64,000 bases of DNA from Nitrosopumilus sp. (GTDB lineage Archaea > Thermoproteota > Nitrososphaeria > Nitrososphaerales > Nitrosopumilaceae): positions 1,760,001 to 1,824,000 of the forward strand of contig OZ242220.1 in the NCBI GenBank assembly GCA_965206745.1. Reading direction: 5' to 3'. Below are positions 47,663 through 57,367 of the stretch, one piece after another. Below the pieces are notes generated by a model that was not told where the DNA came from, did not search any database, and saw only the letters and a program-made list of their open reading frames with translations. The number at the start of each line of letters is the position of its first letter. The first letter of the stretch is position 1. The position numbers were made by a program, and so were the translations under genes.

Positions 47663-49327
47663 TTACATTGTTGCCTGTGAAGCGTCATGGAACATTTGAC
47701 TCTTTGCGCAGCCAGCGGCAAGTTCATCACCTGCACCGCGTCTCATCAGTCCCCTGTAAAGACCGTCTTCTAGTTTGACACCCTCTCTCTCTTCCCATTC
47801 TTCTACCGTGATGGAGTATTTCTTTTGGATTCTATCCCTGTACCATTCTGGAATCACATTGAATGCACAGAATGGAACTATTCTAAGGTCCGGAGTCACA
47901 TAGTGAATATCACATCTTTGCAGCCTCTCCAGGTCTTCGTTGTATTTGTCCTGAAAGTGCATCATGCCAAGGAACAGTCCCTTTACGTGCCATGAACCAA
48001 CTGAATCAAATGATCTTTTCATGAGTATATTGCCAAACATCTTTGCCAAGTCCAATCCTGCCGGCTGTTTCTTTGAATCAACGAATCCCTTGAGTTTTCT
48101 GACAACCTCAAGCATCGTAAAGTACTTGTTTTTACCAGAGCGAATCTCCTCTGCCTTGTCCTCAAAGAGTTCCAACATTCCTTGAATGTCACAGAACTTT
48201 GTTAATGGAACAAACTTTTTTGTATCTGCATCCTCAAAGATGTACGTTCCTGCACCGCAGGCAAAGTGAATGGATAATTCATATTTTGGTTTGCTTGAGA
48301 ATGCCTCAATTACATTTGTCAGTGGCATGCAACTTGGAACTGGGAACCAGTCATCAACAGTTACTTGACCGTCTGTCTGCTCTTCGATTCTTTGGACGCA
48401 GTCAGGAACGGTAATTCTGTATTTTTCACGTTCAGTTTTGCCCATTCTTCCAGTCAGTGATACTGGTTGGAAGTTGACAGCATGGACTACGTCCATGTTC
48501 TTTTGTGCATATCTGATGATTCCACCTAGTTCGTGGTCGTTAATTGATTTGATTACAGTTGGAACAAATACCACTGTGGTGCCCGTTTTTCTGCAGCTGT
48601 CAAGTGCATATGGAATTTCCCAGTGGTTCTTTGGGTTTGTTCTTGCAGTTACACCGTCAAAGGAAAGGTACAGGTTGTTACATCCGGCAAGCCTTACCTC
48701 TCTTGCAGCCTCTGGATCCATTGCGTGTCTAATACCATTGGTGTTCATCTGAATATGGTCAACACCCTCTTCTTTCATAATTTTGATAACATCGGCGATA
48801 TCTTCCCTGAGCATTGGTTCACCGCCAGTGATTTGCATAGAGTTTCCTGGAATTGGTCTCTCAGCTCGTAGAGTCTTCATCATGCCTCTAATTTGAGTAT
48901 GATCTGGTTCATACATGTAAGCGCCTTCAAGTCCCTTCTTCACATAGAAGAAGCAGTACCAGCATGTCAAATCACATCTGTTAGTTACAATCATGTTTGC
49001 TAATCCGCTGTGTGAGAGGTGGTTTGAGCACAATCCACAGTTGTTTGGACATGAGCATTTGTCAATCATTACGTTTGGAGAGTGGGCACCCTTGCCATCC
49101 ATCCAGTATGTACTGAATTTCTTGTACATCTCATAGGAACCAAAGTATAACTCCTCACATTCGCCGTGAGTTGGACAAACTTTTGACATAAACACCTGAC
49201 TGTCTCTCTCAAAGACTTCGGCATCGAGAATCATGTTACAGTCAGGACAGATACTTTGAGTGAATCTGATTGTGGATTTCTTGCCTAAATTTTTCGTTGA
49301 CTGATTGGATATCTGAATTAGTGCCAT
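47663..49327 (-). CDS. tes: Tetraether lipid synthase (radical SAM)
   Basis: N-terminal CPDC..CPTHG, CPNNCGLC, CDLTCWYC radical SAM motif, HFACG, RCDIHY, PFCAFN. Confidence 0.88.
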   Translation of the reverse strand: MALIQISNQSTKNLGKKSTIRFTQSICPDCNMILDAEVFERDSQVFMSKVCPTHGECEELYFGSYEMYKKFSTYWMDGKGAHSPNVMIDKCSCPNNCGLCSNHLSHSGLANMIVTNRCDLTCWYCFFYVKKGLEGAYMYEPDHTQIRGMMKTLRAERPIPGNSMQITGGEPMLREDIADVIKIMKEEGVDHIQMNTNGIRHAMDPEAAREVRLAGCNNLYLSFDGVTARTNPKNHWEIPYALDSCRKTGTTVVFVPTVIKSINDHELGGIIRYAQKNMDVVHAVNFQPVSLTGRMGKTEREKYRITVPDCVQRIEEQTDGQVTVDDWFPVPSCMPLTNVIEAFSSKPKYELSIHFACGAGTYIFEDADTKKFVPLTKFCDIQGMLELFEDKAEEIRSGKNKYFTMLEVVRKLKGFVDSKKQPAGLDLAKMFGNILMKRSFDSVGSWHVKGLFLGMMHFQDKYNEDLERLQRCDIHYVTPDLRIVPFCAFNVIPEWYRDRIQKKYSITVEEWEEREGVKLEDGLYRGLMRRGAGDELAAGCAKSQMFHDASQATM

Positions 49328-49443
49328 CTCTGTATTGTTGACTTTTCGGGAATGGTATATAATCTATTTCCTACTTGCCCTAGGGGTAATTCAGGCCACA
49401 GGCATGCCTATTTAAATACCAAAGCTGATCGAAGAGATCGCAT

Positions 49444-50211
49444 ATGAGCATATCAGATAAAACAAGAAAGTCACTAGAAAGAATAGGTCTTACCAGCTAT
49501 GAGATTAGAACATTTTCAGCCCTGCTCCAATCAGAGGAATTGACAGCATCGGATCTTAGCCAAAAATCAGGGGTCCCATACTCAAAGATTTACGAGGTGC
49601 TGGGTACTCTGGAGGAGAAGGGATGGGTTGGTTCAGATGATTCAAGGCCAACAAAATATTTTGCAAACTCTCCATCAACGGGACTTGAAACTACAAAGCA
49701 AAAGATGGAAAGCAATTTTTCAGAGAATCGGAACATAATTCTAAATGAACTGGTCCCATTGTATGAGAAGAACGGCACCAGTGAAAGGCCAGACATCTGG
49801 GTATTGTCTGGCGGGGCAAACATTGCAGCCAAAATCTTGGAGATGGTAGATACCTGCAGAAGTGAGGTGATGATTGCATTGCCTGAGGCGGGAGTGGAAC
49901 TGGTAAAGCAGGCATTGCCAAAATTGAGGTCACTTCATGATAAAGGGGTGAGTATCACGATTCTAACATCAGATAAGATGGACAAAGAGTCAATCAAGGC
50001 AATCAAGAGGGTTGCCACCGTAACAATCAAGAAAGGCCTGTTTGGAGGGGGCATAATTTCGGATAAAAGGTACGTAGTGATTCTGCTAGGCCCGGAGATA
50101 GGAGGGATGAACTCTTCAGAAATTGTTGCAATATGGGCAGATCATACAGGATTGGCGGGATTTGCACGCCAATATTTTGAATATTTATTAAAAGATTCCA
50201 AGAAGGTATAG
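49444..50211 (+). CDS. TrmB family transcriptional regulator
   Basis: GLTSYE, SGVPYSKIYEVL..LEEKGW, RPTKY. Confidence 0.9.
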   Translation: MSISDKTRKSLERIGLTSYEIRTFSALLQSEELTASDLSQKSGVPYSKIYEVLGTLEEKGWVGSDDSRPTKYFANSPSTGLETTKQKMESNFSENRNIILNELVPLYEKNGTSERPDIWVLSGGANIAAKILEMVDTCRSEVMIALPEAGVELVKQALPKLRSLHDKGVSITILTSDKMDKESIKAIKRVATVTIKKGLFGGGIISDKRYVVILLGPEIGGMNSSEIVAIWADHTGLAGFARQYFEYLLKDSKKV

Positions 50212-50213
50212 AC

Positions 50214-50696
50214 ATGGACGCAATAGATGAGGAGACACTTTTTGTAGGTACAGCAGAGGCAGAACACGTAGAGATGTATCTTAAGGCAATTTGGCACATC
50301 AAAGAGAGGGGGGAGGATGTGAAGATCAGCACAATTGCAAAGATGCTCAATGTCAGGCAACCAAGCGTTGTTCAGATGCTCAAAAAACTAAATCTGAAAA
50401 GCCTTGTAAACTACAACAAGGCAGGAGTGAAACTGACAGAAGAGGGCGAGAGGATCGGCGCAAGCATGATGCGAAACAGCAGACTGCTTGAGGTCCTCAT
50501 GGACAGTGCACTAAAAGTGGAAATTGATGAGGAGATGGTTTGTGGAATTGAGCATCACATGAACAAGCAGTTTACCGATGCGCTTTGCGTAATGCTAAAG
50601 CATCCAAGAAAGTGTCCACATGATCATGACATTCCGATAGGTGAGTGCTGCAAGTCGCCAGAGACAAACTACAACCCAAAAGATATATCATCTTAG
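50214..50696 (+). CDS. DtxR/MntR metal-dependent regulator
   Basis: EMYLKAIW, PSVVQMLKKL, CGIEH, CPH. Confidence 0.9.
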   Translation: MDAIDEETLFVGTAEAEHVEMYLKAIWHIKERGEDVKISTIAKMLNVRQPSVVQMLKKLNLKSLVNYNKAGVKLTEEGERIGASMMRNSRLLEVLMDSALKVEIDEEMVCGIEHHMNKQFTDALCVMLKHPRKCPHDHDIPIGECCKSPETNYNPKDISS

Positions 50697-50711
50697 AGAC
50701 GATATTGATTC

Positions 50712-50876
50712 ATGGCATGTTTCTGCGGGTGCGAGACGTATGAGAAAAATGAGGATGGATTCAAGATTGCATGTGTAAAATGCGGACACGGACCTCAAAA
50801 TCATAGTGACGAATTCAGAGATGCAGCAAGAAAGAATGAATCGCAGAGTCAGAAACGTGATGCAGACTTTGGATGA
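50712..50876 (+). CDS. Small Zn-binding protein (54 aa)
   Basis: Not in the ORF track: MACFCGCETYEKNEDGFKIACVKCGHGPQNHSDEFRDAARKNESQSQKRDADFG; fills the gap between dtxR and yjbQ. Confidence 0.7.
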   Translation: MACFCGCETYEKNEDGFKIACVKCGHGPQNHSDEFRDAARKNESQSQKRDADFG

Positions 50877-51296
50877 CTATTCCCCAATAATTTTGACCAA
50901 AACTCTTTTTGGTCTCTTGCCATCAAATTCACCATAAAAGATCGCCTCCCACGGTCCAAAATCCAATTTACCGTCAGTTATAGCAACTACAACTTCTCTT
51001 CCCATCACTTGTCGTTTGAGATGTGCGTCTGCATTATCCTCACCTGTTTTGTTGTGATCATACTGTGTGGTTGGTGCATGTGGAGCTAGTCCTTCCAACC
51101 ATTTCTCATAATCACAGAGTAACCCAGATTCATTATCATTGATGAAAACACTTGCAGTGATATGCATTGCATTTACAAGGCAGAGGCCTTGCCGAATCTT
51201 GCTCTTTGCAACCAGTCTGCTTACATCAGAAGTAATATTGACAAATGCCCTCCTGGTTCTGACTTCAAATGTCAGGTACTCGGTGAGGGATTTCAT
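50877..51296 (-). CDS. yjbQ: YjbQ/UPF0047 family protein
   Basis: [33 protein letters not shown]. Confidence 0.9.
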   Translation of the reverse strand: MKSLTEYLTFEVRTRRAFVNITSDVSRLVAKSKIRQGLCLVNAMHITASVFINDNESGLLCDYEKWLEGLAPHAPTTQYDHNKTGEDNADAHLKRQVMGREVVVAITDGKLDFGPWEAIFYGEFDGKRPKRVLVKIIGE

Positions 51297-51470
51297 GATT
51301 TTTTTTTATGATGGTGATTAATTAAAATCCTAGGGCAGGGCTCAGAACTCAAGATCCTCATCATCAATCAAAGGGATAGGTACATCACTGCCCGCAAGCC
51401 ATATTTGAAGCGGTTTACTATTGAGTCTTTCAAAAAGCTTGATAAATGGCCAATGGTTTAATCATTCAAA

Positions 51471-51887
51471 ATGGTTGCAATAGATACCCCCTCCTCACTG
51501 GAAAGTTTTAGAAGATTTGTCATTTCAAGCACATGCATGTCTTATGCACCGAGGGCCTATCTGGAGGACTCGGAGGTCTTTGCCGAAAGGGATGACGGTC
51601 TCGGGGCAATTTACGTTGAGGCAGCCGATAAAGTCACTTTGAAGAAAATAAGGGACATTACGTTTGTCAATGGAAAGGATGTCCTGGGGATAATCTACAA
51701 CTCAAAGAGTGGAAATACATCGCTAAAATGGAGGCAGTTAAAAAGAAACAACGGCAAAGTTACGGGAGAAGCTTCTGCAAACTCTTTGGCAAATTTATCA
51801 GAATCAGGCGTTCTCACCTTAGAATGGGTTGAAAATTATCTAAAAAAGAAATCACAAGAAGCAAAGGCTGAAGAGACCTCAAGCTAA
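51471..51887 (+). CDS. Conserved hypothetical protein
   Basis: Clean ORF upstream of pelota. Confidence 0.75.
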   Translation: MVAIDTPSSLESFRRFVISSTCMSYAPRAYLEDSEVFAERDDGLGAIYVEAADKVTLKKIRDITFVNGKDVLGIIYNSKSGNTSLKWRQLKRNNGKVTGEASANSLANLSESGVLTLEWVENYLKKKSQEAKAEETSS

Positions 51888-51919
51888 ACGCTTTTCTTTT
51901 TGTAAATTAGGATAACATC

Positions 51920-52972
51920 ATGATTACAAAGGCAATAGATGAGAACTCAATTTCTGTCATGCCAGAGGATTCAGAGGATCTTTTGAATTTGCGCCGCATC
52001 ATCAAAGAGAATGACAAGGTGGTCGGGGATACGACAAGGGTCCTAAAACAGGATAAGGACTATGCAAGGCCGGACAAGGGCGAGAGAATCAAGGTTAGAA
52101 TTGCGCTGTCTGTGGAAAAAATTTCCCTTGATGATGTGTTGGATAAATTAAGAATAGGCGGTACAATCTCTGAATCAAGTAACGAATCAGTACCGCACGG
52201 ATCACACCACTCATTTATTCTCAAGCTCAATGACGGAATTACAATTTCAAAGAAAAGTTGGCAGCCTATAGAAAAAAAACTTTTGGAATCAAGTAACGAT
52301 CAAATCAGCTTTGTTCTAGTTGCAATTGACACAAGCGATAGCGGTATTGCAAGATTGAGGGGGACGCATCTGGAGTTTATGCCAAACATCTATTCGGGAT
52401 CCGGTGGTAAGAGATACAAGACTAGTTTCAACATTGAGAAATTCTTTGAGCAGGTACTGCAGGCACTATCAAGCATCTTCAAAGAGGGCGATACCATAGT
52501 AATTTTCGGTCCCGGTGAGACAAAGAAGAGATTTGCAAATTTCATAGAAAAATCGCAAAAACTTCAGAAATTCAAGATTCAGGTGGTCGATGGAATTGAT
52601 TCTGGAGGTGAGGACGGAATTTACACGTTTACAAAGTCACAGGCAATGCAGGAGATAATGTCAGGGAGCAAACTGGCCAAAGCCTCATCGATTATCGATG
52701 AGGTCATGATCCTGGCAAACAAGAAGAGTAGAAAGTTTACAATGGGGTATGCTGAAACCTTCAATGCAAACCAAATGGGCGCAGTTGAATCACTGGTCTT
52801 CTCCGATAAAGCAATACAGGATAATGACGAGCAAGAGATGATGGATTTTCTAAATGATGCAGAAGGCAAGGGGGTGAAAATTTACAGTGTCGACTCGTCA
52901 ACTGATATCGGTCTTAGGGTTACAGGTCTGGGCGGAATTATTTCCCTGCTAAGATATTCTGTGGGATCTTAG
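51920..52972 (+). CDS. pelA: mRNA surveillance protein Pelota
   Basis: PEDSEDL, TTR, GSHHS, GPG, GLGGIISLLRY. Confidence 0.92.
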   Translation: MITKAIDENSISVMPEDSEDLLNLRRIIKENDKVVGDTTRVLKQDKDYARPDKGERIKVRIALSVEKISLDDVLDKLRIGGTISESSNESVPHGSHHSFILKLNDGITISKKSWQPIEKKLLESSNDQISFVLVAIDTSDSGIARLRGTHLEFMPNIYSGSGGKRYKTSFNIEKFFEQVLQALSSIFKEGDTIVIFGPGETKKRFANFIEKSQKLQKFKIQVVDGIDSGGEDGIYTFTKSQAMQEIMSGSKLAKASSIIDEVMILANKKSRKFTMGYAETFNANQMGAVESLVFSDKAIQDNDEQEMMDFLNDAEGKGVKIYSVDSSTDIGLRVTGLGGIISLLRYSVGS

Positions 52973-53280
52973 ACTGTGGATTCGGCCAACCATTTCAGAT
53001 ATGATTTGTTCATTGAGACAATGTCAATTTCTGCTATCTCTGGAACATCGTATGGATGTGTCAGTCTGATTTTCCTCTTTAGCAGGGTCTTGTTCTTTGC
53101 AGTTGTTTTGAATATGGCAAGATACTCTGCAGAATCTACTATTTTTCCCTTCCAGGAATAAATCGATGAGATTTTGGAAATATTGACGCATGCCACTGTC
53201 TTGCTTTTTACAAGTTCATTTGCAATTTTGGAAACTGATTTTTTGTCAGGATATGTCGAGATGATTACTACTGGTTTCAT
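52969..53280 (-). CDS. cutA: Divalent-cation tolerance protein CutA
   Basis: ACVNI, SIYSWKG, HPYDVPEI. Confidence 0.93.
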   Translation of the reverse strand: MKPVVIISTYPDKKSVSKIANELVKSKTVACVNISKISSIYSWKGKIVDSAEYLAIFKTTAKNKTLLKRKIRLTHPYDVPEIAEIDIVSMNKSYLKWLAESTV

Positions 53281-53323
53281 AGTAACCGATAAATGACTGT
53301 ACCTTAAAAAATTAACAATTAGT

Positions 53324-54544
53324 TTGGAACTTGATTTTATTACTCAGAATTCGATAATCTACGTCTTGATCGCCTGGGTGGTCATTATCGTGATTGCAAA
53401 GGCCCTCAAATTAGAGAGGTATGGTTGTGAGTTAAAGGCATACAGCCTAGTATACAAGAATAAGAGCATAAATGACGTACTGATCAGGGTCCTGGGAAGA
53501 ACAAGGAGAGGCATCAGGGTTTTTGCGGATCTAAGCGTTGTTGCAGGTTTCATAATGATGGGGTTTGCGTTTTACTTTTTGTTAAACAATGTCTCAAATT
53601 ATTTTGTGGAACCGGGCGCTTTTTCAGAATTAACAGTGCTTATTCCTGGAGTCACATTGACTTCGGCGCCGGCTATCACATACTTTTTGCTTTCAATTCC
53701 AATCGTACTAATCATTCATGAAGGCGCACACGGTATTGTTGCTGCATTAGAAAAGATAAAGATCAAGACCGGCGGATTTGCGATATTCATTGCATTGTTT
53801 GCAGGGTTTGTGGAACCAGATGAGGAGGAGTTTGACAAGGCCAAAAAGATTTCAAAACTAAGAGTGATCGGTGCAGGTGCCACCTCAAATGTACTCTTCG
53901 CGATTGTCTTGGGTGCAATCATGCTGACAAACCCAGTCTTTGGACTGGTCTTGGAGAGCATCCCACTGTTTGGGGATGTAATCCTAAACACGTTTTATGA
54001 GTTATCGCAGGGGGTTCTGGTACTTTCAATCATAGAAAACTCGGGAGCTGAGCAAGCAGGACTGCTTGCAAATGACATCATTACCACAATTGACGGGAAG
54101 CAGATACACGGTCCGGGTGATTTTCCCGCCTTGAATCCGGGGGATACGGCCAGCGTATCGATAATTAGAGACGGCCAGGAATTAGAAAAGACATTAGAGG
54201 TGATGGCATCGCCAGACGATCCCCAGAAAGGACTGATAGGAATTATGAGGGACAATTCAATTCCATACAAGCCGGTAATCGGTTTGATCGATTGGTCAGG
54301 TGTTGATTTTAACATTTCAATGTTCCTGCTGTGGCTCTGGATGATTTCATTCTTCATAGGCATCATCAACATGCTGCCCCTTCCCATTTTGGATGGGGGA
54401 AAGTTTGTCCACATCATTATTGACAAGAGAATTTCAGAAAAGTCAGTCAACATGGTAATGTGGGGAATATACGCATTTACTTTTGTCTTATTTGGCCTCA
54501 ACATCGCCTTGTCATATCTGAAATCAGGCTGGTTTACAATCTAG
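53324..54544 (+). CDS. Site-2 protease (M50) with PDZ domain
   Basis: HEGAH, AGATSN, NMLPLPILDGG. Confidence 0.93.
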   Translation: MELDFITQNSIIYVLIAWVVIIVIAKALKLERYGCELKAYSLVYKNKSINDVLIRVLGRTRRGIRVFADLSVVAGFIMMGFAFYFLLNNVSNYFVEPGAFSELTVLIPGVTLTSAPAITYFLLSIPIVLIIHEGAHGIVAALEKIKIKTGGFAIFIALFAGFVEPDEEEFDKAKKISKLRVIGAGATSNVLFAIVLGAIMLTNPVFGLVLESIPLFGDVILNTFYELSQGVLVLSIIENSGAEQAGLLANDIITTIDGKQIHGPGDFPALNPGDTASVSIIRDGQELEKTLEVMASPDDPQKGLIGIMRDNSIPYKPVIGLIDWSGVDFNISMFLLWLWMISFFIGIINMLPLPILDGGKFVHIIIDKRISEKSVNMVMWGIYAFTFVLFGLNIALSYLKSGWFTI

Positions 54545-54585
54545 AAAATACCTAAAGAATCATTAATGAAAGCAGACTGGTTGAT

Positions 54586-55503
54586 TTGATGAATTGTGAC
54601 AGATGCGAGAATCCTGCAGCATACACAAGAAAGTACTCTGGTGAAAAACTGTGCTCACAGTGCTTCTCAAGGTCAATTGTAAGAAAAACTGCAAAGACGA
54701 TTTCAAAATACAACATGATCAAGCATAACGAACTAGTCGCAGTTGCAGTATCGGGAGGAAAGGACTCGCTTGCACTATTGAAAATTATTAATGAGATGGC
54801 ATCAACCCATAGTTTCAGGATAAAGGCAATTACCATTGATGAGGGGATACCTGGATATAGGAACGAGGCCCTGGAGATAGTTGAAAAGTTTTGTGCCGAG
54901 CTAAACGTGGAACACAAAGTCTACTCGTACAAGGATCTCTTTGAGATGACACTGGATGAGGCCCTGGATCTGCGGGAAGGCGAAAAGACATCGTCATGCT
55001 CAATCTGCGGGACCCTTAGAAGAAGGGCAATAGACCATGCAGCAAAGGATATCGGTGCTGACGTCATTGCGACAGGCCACAATCTGGATGATACGCTGCA
55101 GACGTTTGTGATAAACATGATCTCCGGTGATACGACCAAGATCGGATGGATGGATCCTGATACTTCGGCAAATGATTTGAGAAAGATAAAACCATTTTGT
55201 GAGATTTACGAGTCAGAGATAGTCTTTTACGCATTCACAAATGAGATGCCATTCCAGTCAGAACCATGCCCGCACATGAATGAGGGAATAAGGACGGAAA
55301 TTCGTGAGTTTTTAAATTCGCTGGAAAATCAGCATAGCGGAATCAAGAACAACTTGTATCAGTCAGTTCTCAGAGTCTCGGCAGCCGTAAAGAGTTCTGG
55401 TTCCAAAGAAAAAACAAGATGCGAGAAATGCGGAAGTGATTGCACAGGCAAGGTGTGCTCAGTGTGTAGCATGGTTTTAAAACTAAAGAAGAGTCAAACC
55501 TAA
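54586..55503 (+). CDS. tRNA 2-thiolation enzyme (TIGR00269, NcsA/Ncs6/TtuA family)
   Basis: SGGKDS, CSICGTLRR, TGHNLDD, terminal Zn fingers. Confidence 0.9.
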   Translation: MMNCDRCENPAAYTRKYSGEKLCSQCFSRSIVRKTAKTISKYNMIKHNELVAVAVSGGKDSLALLKIINEMASTHSFRIKAITIDEGIPGYRNEALEIVEKFCAELNVEHKVYSYKDLFEMTLDEALDLREGEKTSSCSICGTLRRRAIDHAAKDIGADVIATGHNLDDTLQTFVINMISGDTTKIGWMDPDTSANDLRKIKPFCEIYESEIVFYAFTNEMPFQSEPCPHMNEGIRTEIREFLNSLENQHSGIKNNLYQSVLRVSAAVKSSGSKEKTRCEKCGSDCTGKVCSVCSMVLKLKKSQT

Positions 55504-55535
55504 TGCAAATATAACATACTTTCTTAGCAAAAACG

Positions 55536-55850
55536 GTAGTAGGTAGGATCAGGGTGCCAGCCGTGCCCTATTCTGAAACCGGCTATACGCAGAGATCAGC
55601 AACTGTTGGGTAAATCTCTAGATGGGTAATTCCCGCTTGGTGTGCGGAAATGAGATCACGCCGAGGCGGGTGGTTGCAGGACTAGAAATATCCGAAGGGA
55701 TAACTTCTAAGACCGAACCATCGAAAGTGATGAGGTCCGGGAGGGAGCAATCCTAAGGTGGAGCATCCACGCTTCCTCGTCAACGTGACGGATCTTGTAC
55801 GCCTTGAAATGGGGCTATTCGTTTAGACTGGAGCCAGCAGGTCTACTACC
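55536..55850 (+). ncRNA. ffs: Archaeal SRP (7S) RNA
   Basis: About 310 nt, GC-rich, complementary ends (GGTAGTAG..CTACTACC); helix-8-like AGGTCCGGGAGGGAGCAATCCT. Confidence 0.85.
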
Positions 55851-55879
55851 TTTATAATTAAAACAAGAGTTGGGACATC

Positions 55880-56212
55880 ATGGAAGGAATCATCTCATTT
55901 GGAAACAAGAGAAGCTATGAGGACTTTAAGAAGCAGATTCCAACGCCGGTGCTGCCGTTGTTTGACTCAATTAGGGAGTTTTGCCTCTCTTTAGGAGACA
56001 AGGTCATCGAGGATGTAAGGATGCACAGGGTGGTTTTTTGCAAGTCAATGACATTCAGATGGTTTGCAGATGTGGAACCAGAAAGAGGGGGAGTGATCAT
56101 AAAAATTCAGAAGAGCAGAAAGGATCCAGTCCAGATTATCCAGGTAAAAATAGATCAGGGGATCTCAGATACAAGCCAGGCCATCAAAGAGGCCTTTGAG
56201 AAGATCCACTAG
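55880..56212 (+). CDS. DUF5655-like protein
   Basis: LFDSIREFCLSLG..V.E..F.K..RWFADV. Confidence 0.6.
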   Translation: MEGIISFGNKRSYEDFKKQIPTPVLPLFDSIREFCLSLGDKVIEDVRMHRVVFCKSMTFRWFADVEPERGGVIIKIQKSRKDPVQIIQVKIDQGISDTSQAIKEAFEKIH

Positions 56213-56487
56213 TACAGCACATCAAATTTTGAAAATTCCCCAGTGAATTTTTCATTACGTATCTCCACATCCTCAACTCTTGCATTGGCAGGACCGCCGT
56301 GCGCCCATTCAATTAACCGGTCAATTTTTTCTGCATCACCCTCCAAAACAGCTTCGACCCTGCCATCCTTGAGATTTTTTACCCAGCCAAGAATATCATT
56401 CTGCTTTGCCTTTACCTTCAATGTCTGACGGAAGAAGACACCCTGTACCTTTCCTGTTACAAAAAGCCTGATACGTTGTTTTGACAT
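56209..56487 (-). CDS. acyP: Acylphosphatase
   Basis: GKVQGVFFR, GWVKNLKDGRVE, GPANARV. Confidence 0.93.
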   Translation of the reverse strand: MSKQRIRLFVTGKVQGVFFRQTLKVKAKQNDILGWVKNLKDGRVEAVLEGDAEKIDRLIEWAHGGPANARVEDVEIRNEKFTGEFSKFDVLY

Positions 56488-56533
56488 TAGGGGAATACTT
56501 TACAAGCCATTAATCAGTTTTAGGTTAAAGAAT

Positions 56534-57268
56534 CTACTTTCTTTCTTTGATTCGAGCTCTGCCTGTCTTTCTTGCTGCAATACTGCCCACCTTTGCACCA
56601 GGAGGAGCATCCCTTGAAACCGTGGAACTCTGTCCCACATGCTGATGACGGCCACCACCGTGCGGGTGCACATATGCTGCTTGAGCAACGCCTCTTACAA
56701 TTGGATATTTCTTGCCTTTAGCTTTAAAACTGCGCCACTTGTTACCTGCGCTCATAAAGTGTCGCTCAGTTGCACCACCGCCGGCCAGAGTACCAATCAT
56801 GGCCCTGTTTTTGGGATTAAGGGTGGCAAACTTGCCAGATGGAAGCTTGACTGTTACACCGTCATCACCGTGTGAAAATATGGTCGCATCAGTTCCTGCA
56901 GATTTCACAATGGCACCACCATCACCAAAGTGCTTCTCAATGTTGCACACAATTGTGCCATCAGGGATATTTTGAACGCTGATTACGTTTCCTTTCTTAA
57001 TTTCTGATTTTAATCCAAATTGTAAAGTTGCGCCCACCGTGGTTCCCAGAATTGCAGGTACAAATGAGACAGAGCCATCCTCAAATCTTATCTTGGCTAA
57101 TGGCGCTTCTCTTCCACGCTCATGAATCAGATCGATGATTTGTCCCTCATGCTGTTCAGATAGTGGAAAACGCGGGTAATTCGCCTTTACGCCTACTTTT
57201 CCGGTGGATGTGGATCTAAACTGATTGCCTCCACGGCCCCGTCTTCGTACTAGTGGTCTCTTACCCAA
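56534..57268 (-). CDS. rpl2: 50S ribosomal protein uL2
   Basis: RRRGRGG, VRGVA, HPHGGG, PPGAKVG; TTG 57268. Confidence 0.95.
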   Translation of the reverse strand: MGKRPLVRRRGRGGNQFRSTSTGKVGVKANYPRFPLSEQHEGQIIDLIHERGREAPLAKIRFEDGSVSFVPAILGTTVGATLQFGLKSEIKKGNVISVQNIPDGTIVCNIEKHFGDGGAIVKSAGTDATIFSHGDDGVTVKLPSGKFATLNPKNRAMIGTLAGGGATERHFMSAGNKWRSFKAKGKKYPIVRGVAQAAYVHPHGGGRHQHVGQSSTVSRDAPPGAKVGSIAARKTGRARIKERK

Positions 57269-57367
57269 GTTGATCGTTTCTGATACAGAGAGAATTTTAA
57301 GCTTGTGGTATTGCCAATTCTGCAAATTACCACAAAGATATAAAAATTAGAATTCAGGCAGTTATGT

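Noticed and set aside
55536-55850. Novel large ncRNA or RNase P RNA
   Set aside because: Size, paired ends and the helix-8 motif fit ordinary archaeal SRP RNA; the RNase P GAGGAAAGUCC motif is absent.
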